Shown here: one piece after another, positions 27,173 to 36,038 of the stretch
Layout of the letters: every line of letters begins with the position of its first letter
Position numbering within the stretch: the first letter of the stretch is position 1
Assembly (NCBI GenBank): GCA_038244535.1
Contig: JBBRTJ010000001.1
Span: 10,861-74,860 of the forward strand
Direction: 5' to 3'
From: Acidimicrobiales bacterium
GTDB lineage: Bacteria; Actinomycetota; Acidimicrobiia; Acidimicrobiales; Ilumatobacteraceae
DNA length: 64,000 nucleotides
Position numbers and translations under genes: made by a program
The notes under the pieces: generated by a model
Database searches by the model: none
Seen by the model: only the letters and a program-made list of their open reading frames with translations
What the model was told of the DNA's origin: nothing

Positions 27173-27619
27173 GTGCTCAGTCGCCTTGCCCGCCCGCGCC
27201 GCGCGCTCCGATGGTGGTTGGCGGGCCATCCGGCGGTGGCCAAGGGGATGGTCGTAGCGGCCGCGCTGGTCTCCGGGTTGCTGACCTACCACGTTCTCGC
27301 CGTGCCGCCGGCAACCACCGCCCCGGCCGCGACTCCGCCGGTGGCCGCGGACACGCCCGGTGTCGGCCACCGAGCGGTGGTACCGGTCGGGTCAGCGGGG
27401 ATCACCATCCCGATCACAACCGGGCTCGCCCCGCAGGTCGGCGACGTGGTTGACCTGTGGGTCGGATCCCCGACGGCTGCGGTCGTCGCTCGCCGCGGGG
27501 TCGTCAGCGCCGTGGGTGATGGTGCCGCGCTCGTGGCCGTCGACCAACACGACGTGGCTCTCGTGGTGGGGGCACTCGATGCAGGACGGGCGGTGGTGCT
27601 CGTGGTCCTCAGCGGGTGA
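27173..27619 (+). CDS. SAF-domain (CpaB-like) membrane-anchored protein
   Basis: ORF 27014..27619 trimmed to GTG 27173, with GGAGG 5 nt upstream. Basic N-terminus plus a TM, then a small beta domain. This context (FmdB, MTAP) is typical of actinobacteria. Confidence 0.6.
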   Translation: MLSRLARPRRALRWWLAGHPAVAKGMVVAAALVSGLLTYHVLAVPPATTAPAATPPVAADTPGVGHRAVVPVGSAGITIPITTGLAPQVGDVVDLWVGSPTAAVVARRGVVSAVGDGAALVAVDQHDVALVVGALDAGRAVVLVVLSG

Positions 27620-27655
27620 GCGGTCGGATGCTGCTGAGTGATCGAGGCGGGAGGC

Positions 27656-28375
27656 TCAGGCGGTGCTCGGCACGATGCGGGGGCGCCAGGCCCGAGGGGC
27701 GTCGAAGTGATGGCCGATCACGTCGGCCCCGGCCAGCGCGGCGAGGAACGACTCCGGCCCGTCGAAGTCGTCCATCTCGACGTACGCCGAGCCGATCGCC
27801 TCGGGCACGTGGGCGTCGCTCCCCGCACCGCCGGGCAGGCCCCGCTCGCCCGCGAAGGCCGCGGCGCGGGCGTTCAGGCTGCGCAGCGACGTCTTGGCGT
27901 TCAGCACCTCGATGGCATCGAGCAGACCGGCATCGGCCAGGGCGACCAGCGCATCCTCGTGCAGGTTGTGGCGCATCGGGTCGAACGGATGGGGCACGTA
28001 CACGAGGCCGCCCTGGTCACGGATCCGGCGCGCCGCTTCGGTCGGGGCGAGCCCGAACGGGATGTGCTCGGTGAGGAAGAGCCCGATGAGCTCACCGGCA
28101 TGGGTTCGCACCTCCTCACCCACCACCACCCGGCACGGCAAGCGGTCGGCGAGCTGCACGGCGCCCTTGATGGCGTGGTGGTCGGTGATTCACAGCACGT
28201 CGAGGCCCGCCTCGATCACGGCCTGCTCGACCTCGTCGGGTGTGGTGGTGGCGTCACCGGACCACATGGTGTGGCTGTGCAGATCGACGCGGACGGCACC
28301 TGGGCGCCGCTCGACGGCCAGGTGGGGATGGCGAGCCACGGCCACCGCCAGGGGCGCGGGACGGGCGCCGCCCAT
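27656..28375 (-). pseudogene. PHP-domain phosphoesterase interrupted by one in-frame TGA (28190..28192)
   Basis: ORFs 28190..28375 and 27656..28159 share a frame. Read-through gives VDLHSHTMWSGD...EAGLDVL-TGA-ITDHHAIKG..., a contiguous PHP N-terminal motif. ATG 28375 overlaps the stop of the upstream small gene. Confidence 0.7.
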
Positions 28376-28710
28376 CAGCGCTTGCGACGAAAGATGCGCC
28401 CGAAGAAGCCCGGCTTCTGGCCAGCCTGGACCTCGGCCAGCACCTGAGGGCCAACCGAGTTGATGATGTCCTCGGCCTCGTCCAGCACGGCGGCCGCCGA
28501 CCCATCATCGAGCCCCGGGGGCTCGGGCGGCGTCGGCGGCGAGATCAGCGTGCCGTGAGCCCAGTTGACGTCGGCGAGGCGGCGCTCGTACTTGCCGCAG
28601 TTGTCCGGACAACGCCAGGGGGCGTCGGGGGCCAGGTCGAGGTTGCACTTCCGAACGGTCTCGCCGTTCGGGTAGGTGCGGCTCTCGTAGTTCTTGCACT
28701 CCTCACGCAT
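28375..28710 (-). CDS. conserved-looking small Cys4 protein
   Basis: 111 aa from ATG 28710 (MREECKNYESRTYPNGETVRKCNLDLAPDAPWRCPDNCGKYERR...). Four Cys sit in the first 38 aa and the C-terminus is basic. It lies 47 nt downstream of sufB, and its stop overlaps the PHP start. Confidence 0.65.
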   Translation of the reverse strand: MREECKNYESRTYPNGETVRKCNLDLAPDAPWRCPDNCGKYERRLADVNWAHGTLISPPTPPEPPGLDDGSAAAVLDEAEDIINSVGPQVLAEVQAGQKPGFFGRIFRRKR

Positions 28711-28757
28711 GGGCACGGCGCAAAGTCTGCCCGACGCCGAACCCCCTGCGGCACCGC

Positions 28758-30158
28758 TCAGCCGACCGAGCCCTCCATCTGCAGCTCGATCAGGCGGCTC
28801 CACTCGACCGCGTACTCCATCGGCAGCGTGCGGGTCACCGGCTCGATGAAGCCGTTGACGATCAGACCCATGGCCTGCTCTTGCGAGAGCCCACGGGACT
28901 GCAGGTAGAAGAGCTGCTCGTCGGCCACCTTCGACACGGTGGCCTCGTGGCCGATCTGCGCATCGCGCTCGCCCACCTCCATGTAGGGCAGGGTGCGGCT
29001 CGTCGACTCCTCGTCGAGGATGAGGGCGTCGCACTGCACGTGGCTCTTGCAGCCCGTGGCGCCCTCCTCGACCCGCACCAGACCGCGGTAGGTGGTGATG
29101 CCGCCGTCCTTGCTGATCGACTTCGACACGATCTTGGACGTGGTCTCGGGGGCGGCGTGCACCATCTTGGCGCCCGCATCCTGATGCTGGCCGGGGCCGG
29201 CGTACGCCACGCTCAGCACTTCTCCCGTGGCCTTGGGGCCGACGAGGTAGACGCTCGGGTACTTCATGGTGAGCTTCGAGCCGATGTTGCCATCGATCCA
29301 CTCCATGTGGCCCTCGGTCTCGACCCGGGCCCGCTTGGTGACGAGGTTGTAGACGTTGGGCGACCAGTTCTGGATGGTGGTGTAGGTGACACGCGCCGAC
29401 GGCTTGACCACGATCTCGACCACGGCCGAGTGCAGCGAGTCCGACGTGTACACGGGGGCCGAGCAGCCCTCGATGTAGTGAACCTTGGAGCCCTCGTCGG
29501 CGATGATCAGCGTCCGCTCGAACTGGCCGGCGTTCTCGGAGTTGATGCGGAAGTAGGCCTGCAGCGGCATCTCGCACTCGACGCCCGGCGGCACGTAGAT
29601 GAACGAGCCGCCCGACCACACCGAGCTGTTGAGGGCCGAGAACTTGTTGTCGCCGGGAGTGATGACGGTGCCGAAGTAGCGCTTGACCAGCTCGGGGTAC
29701 TCGCGCAGGGCCGTGTCCATGTCGCAGAACAGGATCCCCAGCGCCTCGAGGTCCTCCCGGTTCCGGTGGTAGACGACTTCGGATTCATACTGTGCGGTGA
29801 CCCCGGCGAGGTACTTGCGCTCGGCTTCAGGGATGCCGAGCTTTTCGTAGGTGGCCTGCATCTGGGCCGGGAGCTCGCTCCACTCGTCGACCTGATGGTT
29901 GGTCGGCTTGATGTAGTAGTAGATGTCCTGGAAGTCGATGTCGGGCATGTTCTTGGCGAACCACGGCGCCATCGGCTTGCGGTCGAAGGTGCGCAGGCTG
30001 CGGAGGCGGAAGTCGCGCATCCACTGCGGCTCGCCCTTCCACCACGAGATCTGCTCGACCACGTCGGCGTTGATGCCCTTCTCGGGCCGAAAGACGTACT
30101 CCTCCTCGTCAGCCCAACCCAGCTTGTAGCGACCGAGGTCCAGGTCCGTGGCAGTCAT
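28758..30158 (-). CDS. sufB: Fe-S cluster assembly scaffold protein SufB
   Basis: 466 aa. Full-length SufB pattern ([37 protein letters not shown]). Confidence 0.95.
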   Translation of the reverse strand: MTATDLDLGRYKLGWADEEEYVFRPEKGINADVVEQISWWKGEPQWMRDFRLRSLRTFDRKPMAPWFAKNMPDIDFQDIYYYIKPTNHQVDEWSELPAQMQATYEKLGIPEAERKYLAGVTAQYESEVVYHRNREDLEALGILFCDMDTALREYPELVKRYFGTVITPGDNKFSALNSSVWSGGSFIYVPPGVECEMPLQAYFRINSENAGQFERTLIIADEGSKVHYIEGCSAPVYTSDSLHSAVVEIVVKPSARVTYTTIQNWSPNVYNLVTKRARVETEGHMEWIDGNIGSKLTMKYPSVYLVGPKATGEVLSVAYAGPGQHQDAGAKMVHAAPETTSKIVSKSISKDGGITTYRGLVRVEEGATGCKSHVQCDALILDEESTSRTLPYMEVGERDAQIGHEATVSKVADEQLFYLQSRGLSQEQAMGLIVNGFIEPVTRTLPMEYAVEWSRLIELQMEGSVG

Positions 30159-30178
30159 CGAAGAACGCTCCCGACGTA

Positions 30179-30212
30179 GGGGATTTGCACTACCGCCATA
30201 GTAACAATCCCC
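30179..30212. promoter_or_regulatory. AT-enriched palindromic patch in the sufB / LLM divergent intergenic region
   Basis: GGGGATT (30179..30185) pairs with AATCCCC (30206..30212), flanking TGCACTACCGCCATAGTAAC. On the sufB strand it contains TACTAT, a plausible -10 hexamer. Confidence 0.35.
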
Positions 30213-30267
30213 CCCGCCTCTGCCACCGTCCGGGCCGAGACCATGGCCGAACGGCGATGATGACGTC

Positions 30268-31314
30268 GTGCACCTGTTCTGGTTCGTGCCGTCGATGGGC
30301 GACGAGGCTCGGCTCGGCGATCCCGGCTCCGCCCTCGCTCCAACCCTCGATCACCTCGTCGCCGTGGCGCGGACTGCCGAGGCCGCGGGGTTCGAGGGGA
30401 TGCTCGTGCCCACCGGCGAGCTGTGCCACGACGCCTGGATCGTGGCCGCCTCGCTCGCCCAGCACACCGAGAGCCTGAAGTTCCTGGTCGCCTTCCGACC
30501 GGGCTTCGTGAACCCCCCGGTGGCCGCCCGCACCGCCGCCACGCTCGACTGGCTCACCGGCGGGCGCGTGCTGCTCAACGTGGTCACCGGCGGCCACGAC
30601 CACGAGCTGGCCAAGGACGGTGACTTCCTCGACCACGACGGGCGGTACCGCCGCACCGCGGAGTTCCTCGAGCTCGTCCTGCGCAGCTGGCACGAACAGG
30701 GATGGGACCATGACGGCGAGTTCTTCAGGGTCGTCGACGGAGGCATCGCGCAGCGACCGGTGCAGCAGCCTCACCCGCGCATCTACCTCGGCGGCTCGTC
30801 CGACGCAGCCATGGATGCAGCCGCCCGCTTCGCCGACGTGTACCTGATGTGGGGCGAGCCGGTCGAGCGCATGGCGCCCCGTGCTGCGGCCGCCAAGGCA
30901 CTGGCGGCCTAGCGGTACGGCCGCACGCTCGACGTCGGCACGCGGTTCCAGCTCGTGGTGCGTGACACCGACGACGAGGCGCGGGCGGCCGCCGAGGACC
31001 TGGTCAGCCACATCTCCGAGGAGTACCGCGAGCGCATCCGCAGCCACGCCGACCGCACCGACTCCGAGGGGCAGCGGCGTCAGAACGAGCTGCGCTCGTT
31101 CGGCTCGGAGTGGCTGAGCGATGCGCTGTGGAACGGTTTCGCGCGGGCCCGCATGGGAGCTTCTGTCGCGCTCGTCGGCAGCGGCGAGACGGTCAAGGCC
31201 GAGCTCGACCGCTTCGTCGCCGCGGGCATCGACACCTTCATCCTGTCCGGTTACCGCCACGACGAGGAGGCAGAGCGCGCCGGACGGCTGCTGCTCCCGC
31301 TCGTCAACGAGTGA
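30268..31314 (+). pseudogene. LLM-class flavin-dependent monooxygenase (SsuD-like) interrupted by one in-frame TAG (30910..30912)
   Basis: ORFs 30268..30912 and 30955..31314 share a frame. The sequence across the stop (...AAAKALAA-TAG-RYGRTLDVGTRFQLVVRDTDDEA...) is contiguous with the LLM/SsuD fold. Confidence 0.75.
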
Positions 31315-31633
31315 CGGATGCCTTGGCCGCTCGTTGGCCCGCGACTCCCCCGGCCACGACGACGACGAGCCCGGTGCCCATCAGGATCAGCACGACGGGC
31401 CAGGCGTTGGCCATCGCCGCGAACCCGGCCGCGATGAACGCCATCGATCCCACCAGCATCGGCACGTAGCTGACGGTGTGGGCCGCCTGCCACGCCTGAT
31501 CGGACGACATCGTGGTGCGGGTGCGGATGCCGGCGTAGTGGTTGCGGCCGAGCGACCCTGACTTCGCCAGGCTGGCGGTGAAGCCCACAGCGATGCCTCC
31601 GATGACGATGAGCAGCCCGGCGATCCAGTTCAC
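31304..31633 (-). CDS. SdpI/YhfL-family membrane protein
   Basis: ORF 31304..31849 trimmed to GTG 31633. GRNHYAGIRTRTTMSSDQAW motif between TM helices. Confidence 0.6.
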   Translation of the reverse strand: MNWIAGLLIVIGGIAVGFTASLAKSGSLGRNHYAGIRTRTTMSSDQAWQAAHTVSYVPMLVGSMAFIAAGFAAMANAWPVVLILMGTGLVVVVAGGVAGQRAAKASVTR

Positions 31634-31874
31634 GGCGTCGACGCTACCGAGCCGCCCACCGCTACCCCTCCGACCTGCCGGCAGGCGGCCGCTCGCACTT
31701 TCCGTCGCGACGTCGCTGTAGAGCAGCAACGACGCGACGGAGAGCGGCGGAGGGGTGGGGCCGACGCTACGGGGCGGACCTCGCCGCGGTCCGTCTGACT
31801 CGGCGGCCAACCTCAGGTTCGGCGACGGGGTAGCGGAGCCGACCCACATGGCGGTCGCGATTGGGCGGGCGCCG

Positions 31875-32186
31875 TCAGTCCATCTCGATGAAGATGCACT
31901 CGCCGGGGCAGTTGTCGGCGGCCAGGACCGTGGCCCCGTGGTGGCGGGGCGGCACCCACGCCAGGCTCCCCGAGCTGCCCGGATCGTTGCCGGGTACGCC
32001 GGCTTCGCACACGTAGGCGATGCCGTCTTCGAGCTGCACGAACACGTCGGGGCAGTGGTCGAGGCACAGGCCGTCGCCCGTGCAGAGGTCTTGGTCGATC
32101 CACACCCGCACCCAGACGACGCTATCGGCGGCCTCCAACGGTCGGGGCACCGGAGCGGCCGCCGTTAGCGTCTCGCCCGATGTCAC
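31875..32186 (-). CDS. ferredoxin (single-cluster type)
   Basis: CTGDGLCLDHCP ... CPGECI cluster ligands. GTG 32186 has a G-rich SD-like stretch upstream. A shorter form from GTG 32111 (VRVWIDQDLC...) is possible. Confidence 0.85.
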   Translation of the reverse strand: MTSGETLTAAAPVPRPLEAADSVVWVRVWIDQDLCTGDGLCLDHCPDVFVQLEDGIAYVCEAGVPGNDPGSSGSLAWVPPRHHGATVLAADNCPGECIFIEMD

Positions 32187-34225
32187 CCTCGCCCCCCGCC
32201 GCCAAGCGCCTGCCCACCGCCGTCGCCCGCCACACCCGCACCATCACTGACGACTGGGCGTGGCTGCGGGCCAAGGACGATCCCGACACCCTTGCTTACC
32301 TCGAGGCCGAGAACGCCTACGCCGACGCTTGGATCGCTCCGCTGCAGCCGTTGCGCGACGCCATCTTCGACGAGATCAAGCGGCGCACGAAGGAGACCGA
32401 CCTGTCCGTCCCGGCCCGCAAAGGCCCGTGGTGGTACTACTCGCGCACCATCGAGGGGCTCGACTACGCCCTGCACTGCCGGCGGGCCACGTTCGACGAC
32501 ACCAGCCCCGAGCACGTGCTCGTCGACGAGAACCTCGAAGCCGGCGATCACGACTACTTCGAGCTCGGCGGGTTCGACGTCAGCCCGAGCGGCCATCTGC
32601 TGCTGTGGTCGACCGACACGACCGGGGCCGAGGAGCTCACGCTGCGCATCCGTGACCTGCGCACCGGCGCCGACCTCGCCGACCGGATCGAGCGGACCAC
32701 CTACGGCACGGCGTGGTCAGCCGATGAACGGTTGGTGTTCTACACGGTGCCCGACGACGCCATGCGGGCCTTCCAGGTGTGGCGCCACGAGGTCGGCCGG
32801 GCCGACAGCAGTGGCGATGTGCTCGTCTTCCAAGAGGACGACGACCGCTTCTCGGTCGGCGTCGAGGCGAGCCGCAGCGACGCCATGGTCTTCGTCGTCG
32901 TCGGGAGCCGCACGACGAGTGAGGTGTGGTTCGTCCCCGCAGCCGCGCCCACCGAACCGCTGACGGTGATCGCTCCCCGCCAGATCGGCATCGAGTACGA
33001 GGTCGACCACCAGGGCGACCGGTTCGTGATCCTGACCAACGCCGGCGACTCCGAGGACTTCACCGTGGTCACGGCCCCCGTGACCGACCCGGGTCCCGAG
33101 CGGTGGACGACGCTCGTGGCCCACGTCGCCGGCCGCCGCATCGACGACGCCCACGCCTTTGCTACGCACCTCGTGCTGGCCGAGTGGTTCGAGGCGAGGC
33201 AGCGCCTGCGGGTGCTGTTCGCGGACGGCACCGATCGGGTGATCTCCTTCGACGAGGACGTCCACAGCGTCGAGCTGGGCGCCAACGCCGAGTACGACAC
33301 CACGAACCTGCGTTTCACCTACCAGTCGCTCGTGACCCCGCCGACGGTCTTCGACGAGGACGTCGTCACCGGCGAGCGTGTGCTGCGCAAGCGCCAACAG
33401 GTGCTTGGCGGCTACGACCAGGACGACTACGAGAGCTTCCGCACGTGGGCACCTGCCGACGACGGGACGCTCGTGCCGGTCGACGTCGTGCGCCGCCGCG
33501 GCATCGCCACCCCGTCGCCGCTCGTGGTCTACGGCTACGGCAGCTACGAGTCGAGCATGCCGCCGTGGTTCTCGATCGCCCGGCTCTCGCTCCTCGACCG
33601 AGGGGCGGCGTGGGCGCTGGCCCACACCCGCGGCGGCGGCGAGCTGGGCCGGCAGTGGTACGTCCACGGCCGCCTCGCCGAGAAGCGCAACACCTTCACC
33701 GACGCGATCGCCGTGGCCGAGCACCTCGTGGCCACCGGCGTCGCGACGCGAGCCGGTCTTGCGCTCCGCGGCGCATCAGCCGGTGGGCTCCTCGTCGGCG
33801 CCACCATCAACCTGCGCCCGGACCTTTTCGCCGCGGCGGTCGCCCAGGTGCCCTTCGTCGACGTGGTGAACACGATGCACGACACGTCGCTGCCGCTCAC
33901 GACCAGCGAGTACGAGGAGTGGGGCAACCCCGCTGACCCCGTGGTCGAGGCCTACCTCGAGAGCTATTCGCCGTATGAGAACGTCAGCAGTGCTCGCTAC
34001 CCCGCGCTGCTGGTGACGGCCGGCTTCAACGACCCGCGGGTCAGCTACCACGAGCCCGCCAAGTGGGTGGCCAAGCTGCGGGCCACCACCGATCCCGCCA
34101 GTGGCCCGTTGCTGTTGTGGACCGAGCTCGGCGCCGGCCACGGCGGCCCGTCCGGCCGCTACGACTCCTGGCGCGAGGAAGCCAAGATCCTCGCCTTCGT
34201 GCTTCAGGTCCTGGGCTGCGACTGA
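32180..34225 (+). CDS. ptrB: oligopeptidase B (S9A prolyl oligopeptidase family)
   Basis: 681 aa. N-terminal WLRAKDDPDTLAYLEAEN, catalytic GASAGGLL, and GHGG near the C-terminus. Confidence 0.93.
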   Translation: MSPSPPAAKRLPTAVARHTRTITDDWAWLRAKDDPDTLAYLEAENAYADAWIAPLQPLRDAIFDEIKRRTKETDLSVPARKGPWWYYSRTIEGLDYALHCRRATFDDTSPEHVLVDENLEAGDHDYFELGGFDVSPSGHLLLWSTDTTGAEELTLRIRDLRTGADLADRIERTTYGTAWSADERLVFYTVPDDAMRAFQVWRHEVGRADSSGDVLVFQEDDDRFSVGVEASRSDAMVFVVVGSRTTSEVWFVPAAAPTEPLTVIAPRQIGIEYEVDHQGDRFVILTNAGDSEDFTVVTAPVTDPGPERWTTLVAHVAGRRIDDAHAFATHLVLAEWFEARQRLRVLFADGTDRVISFDEDVHSVELGANAEYDTTNLRFTYQSLVTPPTVFDEDVVTGERVLRKRQQVLGGYDQDDYESFRTWAPADDGTLVPVDVVRRRGIATPSPLVVYGYGSYESSMPPWFSIARLSLLDRGAAWALAHTRGGGELGRQWYVHGRLAEKRNTFTDAIAVAEHLVATGVATRAGLALRGASAGGLLVGATINLRPDLFAAAVAQVPFVDVVNTMHDTSLPLTTSEYEEWGNPADPVVEAYLESYSPYENVSSARYPALLVTAGFNDPRVSYHEPAKWVAKLRATTDPASGPLLLWTELGAGHGGPSGRYDSWREEAKILAFVLQVLGCD

Positions 34226-34352
34226 GCACCCGCGCCTTGGACACGACCGGCAGCCCTCACTGAGCTCACCACGCGGCTCGGCTGTACCTCGGGGGGCGGG
34301 CCGCTGTTCTTCGGTTCACGGTTGTCGAGTTGCCGCGGCCGTCGGGCTGCGG

Positions 34353-35627
34353 TCACGGCTGAGGTGGCGTCCGGTCGCAGACGACTTGGTTCCGACCGTT
34401 GCTCTTGGCGCGGTACAGCGCTGCGTCGGCGCGTTGAAGGGTGTCGTGCAGGGCTCGGTGGTGCTCGGCTGCGCCGAGGCTGATGGTCACGCCGGCGACC
34501 ATGTTCGGCGAGCTCTCGACGACCAACTCGGCGATGGCGACGCGCAGTGCTTCGGCGCGGCCCGCCGCAGCGGCCAGGTCTGCTCCGGGCAGCAGAACGG
34601 CGAACTCCTCACCACCGAACCGGGCCAGAAGATCGATGGTTCGAAGGTGACTGGTGAGCGCGGCGCCGACTGCGCACAGCACGATGTCGCCACCGTCGTG
34701 ACCGTGAGTGTCGTTGACTGCCTTGAAGTGATCGATGTCGATCATCAGCACTGCCGCTGGCACATGATTGACCGCACATGCCTTCAACAGCCGATCGGCG
34801 CGAGAGTCGAAACCCCGACGGTTCGTCAGCTTCGTCAGCGGATCGGTGTCCGCCTCGCGCCGCAGGTCTTCCTCGCGACGCTGCATCTCGGTGGTGTCGC
34901 GGGTCACGATGATGAACCCTTCAGGTTCACCTTTCTCATCGACCACTGTCGAAATCATTGTGTCGGTGTAGAACGTTTCGCCTGGCGAACTGAGCGCCCA
35001 TCCCTCAGTGCGCCGCCACCCGGCGAATATCGCGGCGTCAAGAACGTCAGAGAGCCGTTCGACCGACACCACTTGGTCCAGAGGGCGGCCTACTGCTTGC
35101 GACGCTTTGAGGCCGAACAAGCGCTCACCAGATGCGTTCCACGAGTCGATGAGTCCAGCACGGTCGATGGTGTAGATCGCGTATTCGCGGACCATCTCGA
35201 CGATGAGGCGAATGCGGTCGCGTTCGTGGCTCAGCTCATGCTCGCGGTGCACCAGTTCCGTCACATCGCTGATCACGGCGACGTAGTAGCCCGGACGAGG
35301 TCGATGAACAGACACCTCTACCGTGGCGACGGTGCCGTTCACCTCGAGCCTCGAACGGTGGTTTGCCACTACCACGGTCCCGCCTTCGTCGGCCCTCACC
35401 AGCGCGCCGAGATCGGGCACCAACGGGGCGAGCAGAGTGAAGGCGTTGCCCATGACCGCCGACCCTACGAACGGGCTCAGCAACTGCACCGACATGGGGG
35501 TGGCTCGAGTCACGGATCCTGTCGAGTCGAACGCGACGACGCCGACAGGGAGCAGGTAGAGCAACTCGTAGAGCTCTTCGAGCTCATTGTTCAACGAGCC
35601 GGACCCAGACGGTTCGTTCAGGTCCAT
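34353..35627 (-). CDS. diguanylate cyclase with two PAS domains (PAS-PAS-GGDEF)
   Basis: 424 aa. DPLTKLTNRRGF, DIDHFKAVNDTHGHDGGD, active site RFGGEEFAV. Two PAS-like segments lie upstream. The ATG overlaps the PYP gene by 10 nt. Confidence 0.92.
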   Translation of the reverse strand: MDLNEPSGSGSLNNELEELYELLYLLPVGVVAFDSTGSVTRATPMSVQLLSPFVGSAVMGNAFTLLAPLVPDLGALVRADEGGTVVVANHRSRLEVNGTVATVEVSVHRPRPGYYVAVISDVTELVHREHELSHERDRIRLIVEMVREYAIYTIDRAGLIDSWNASGERLFGLKASQAVGRPLDQVVSVERLSDVLDAAIFAGWRRTEGWALSSPGETFYTDTMISTVVDEKGEPEGFIIVTRDTTEMQRREEDLRREADTDPLTKLTNRRGFDSRADRLLKACAVNHVPAAVLMIDIDHFKAVNDTHGHDGGDIVLCAVGAALTSHLRTIDLLARFGGEEFAVLLPGADLAAAAGRAEALRVAIAELVVESSPNMVAGVTISLGAAEHHRALHDTLQRADAALYRAKSNGRNQVVCDRTPPQP

Positions 35628-35977
35628 TGCACGAGGAGGAATCGTCGTGCGGCGTCGCGGCGCGTCAGCAATCGCAACCGCACTGAGGTCGGCTTCATCC
35701 GTAAGGTGAAGACGTAGTCAATGGTTGCATCGAGCTCACTCTCGGTCTCGAACCGATGCGCGACCATGAAGTTGTTCGTGCATGGGGCGACCTCACTGAA
35801 GAAAAGCCGACCGACGACTCGCTCCGGTGAAAGGCCAGAACGAGTCGACTCGGTTCGGTTGTACATGACAACACGATGATCGGCATCCATGGCAATGACA
35901 CCGAACGTGGTGTCCTGCAACTGAGAATCGGAGGATGAGGTCAACTGGTCGTACAGATCGATCTCATCGAACTCCAC
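35618..35977 (-). CDS. pyp: photoactive yellow protein (PYP) homologue
   Basis: 119 aa, GTG start. It aligns from memory to Halorhodospira PYP along its length: FGVIAMDADHRVVMYNRTE (Tyr39/Glu43 = Tyr42/Glu46), GRLFFSEVAPCTNN (Cys66 = Cys69), and YVFTLRMKPTSVRL. Confidence 0.85.
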   Translation of the reverse strand: MEFDEIDLYDQLTSSSDSQLQDTTFGVIAMDADHRVVMYNRTESTRSGLSPERVVGRLFFSEVAPCTNNFMVAHRFETESELDATIDYVFTLRMKPTSVRLRLLTRRDAARRFLLVQWT

Positions 35978-36010
35978 TGACGCAGCGTATCACCGGGGGA
36001 CGTCGGTGCA

Positions 36011-36038
36011 AGGTCCCGGTCATGAGGTCCCGGTCATG
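36011..36038. repeat. perfect 14-bp tandem duplication upstream of the PYP gene
   Basis: AGGTCCCGGTCATG at 36011..36024 is repeated at 36025..36038. Confidence 0.9.

Noticed and set aside
30910-30912. The in-frame TAG as pyrrolysine.
   Set aside because: There is no pyl gene context. LLM monooxygenases are not Pyl proteins, and the lineage is not one known to use Pyl. Nonsense mutation or error is far more likely.
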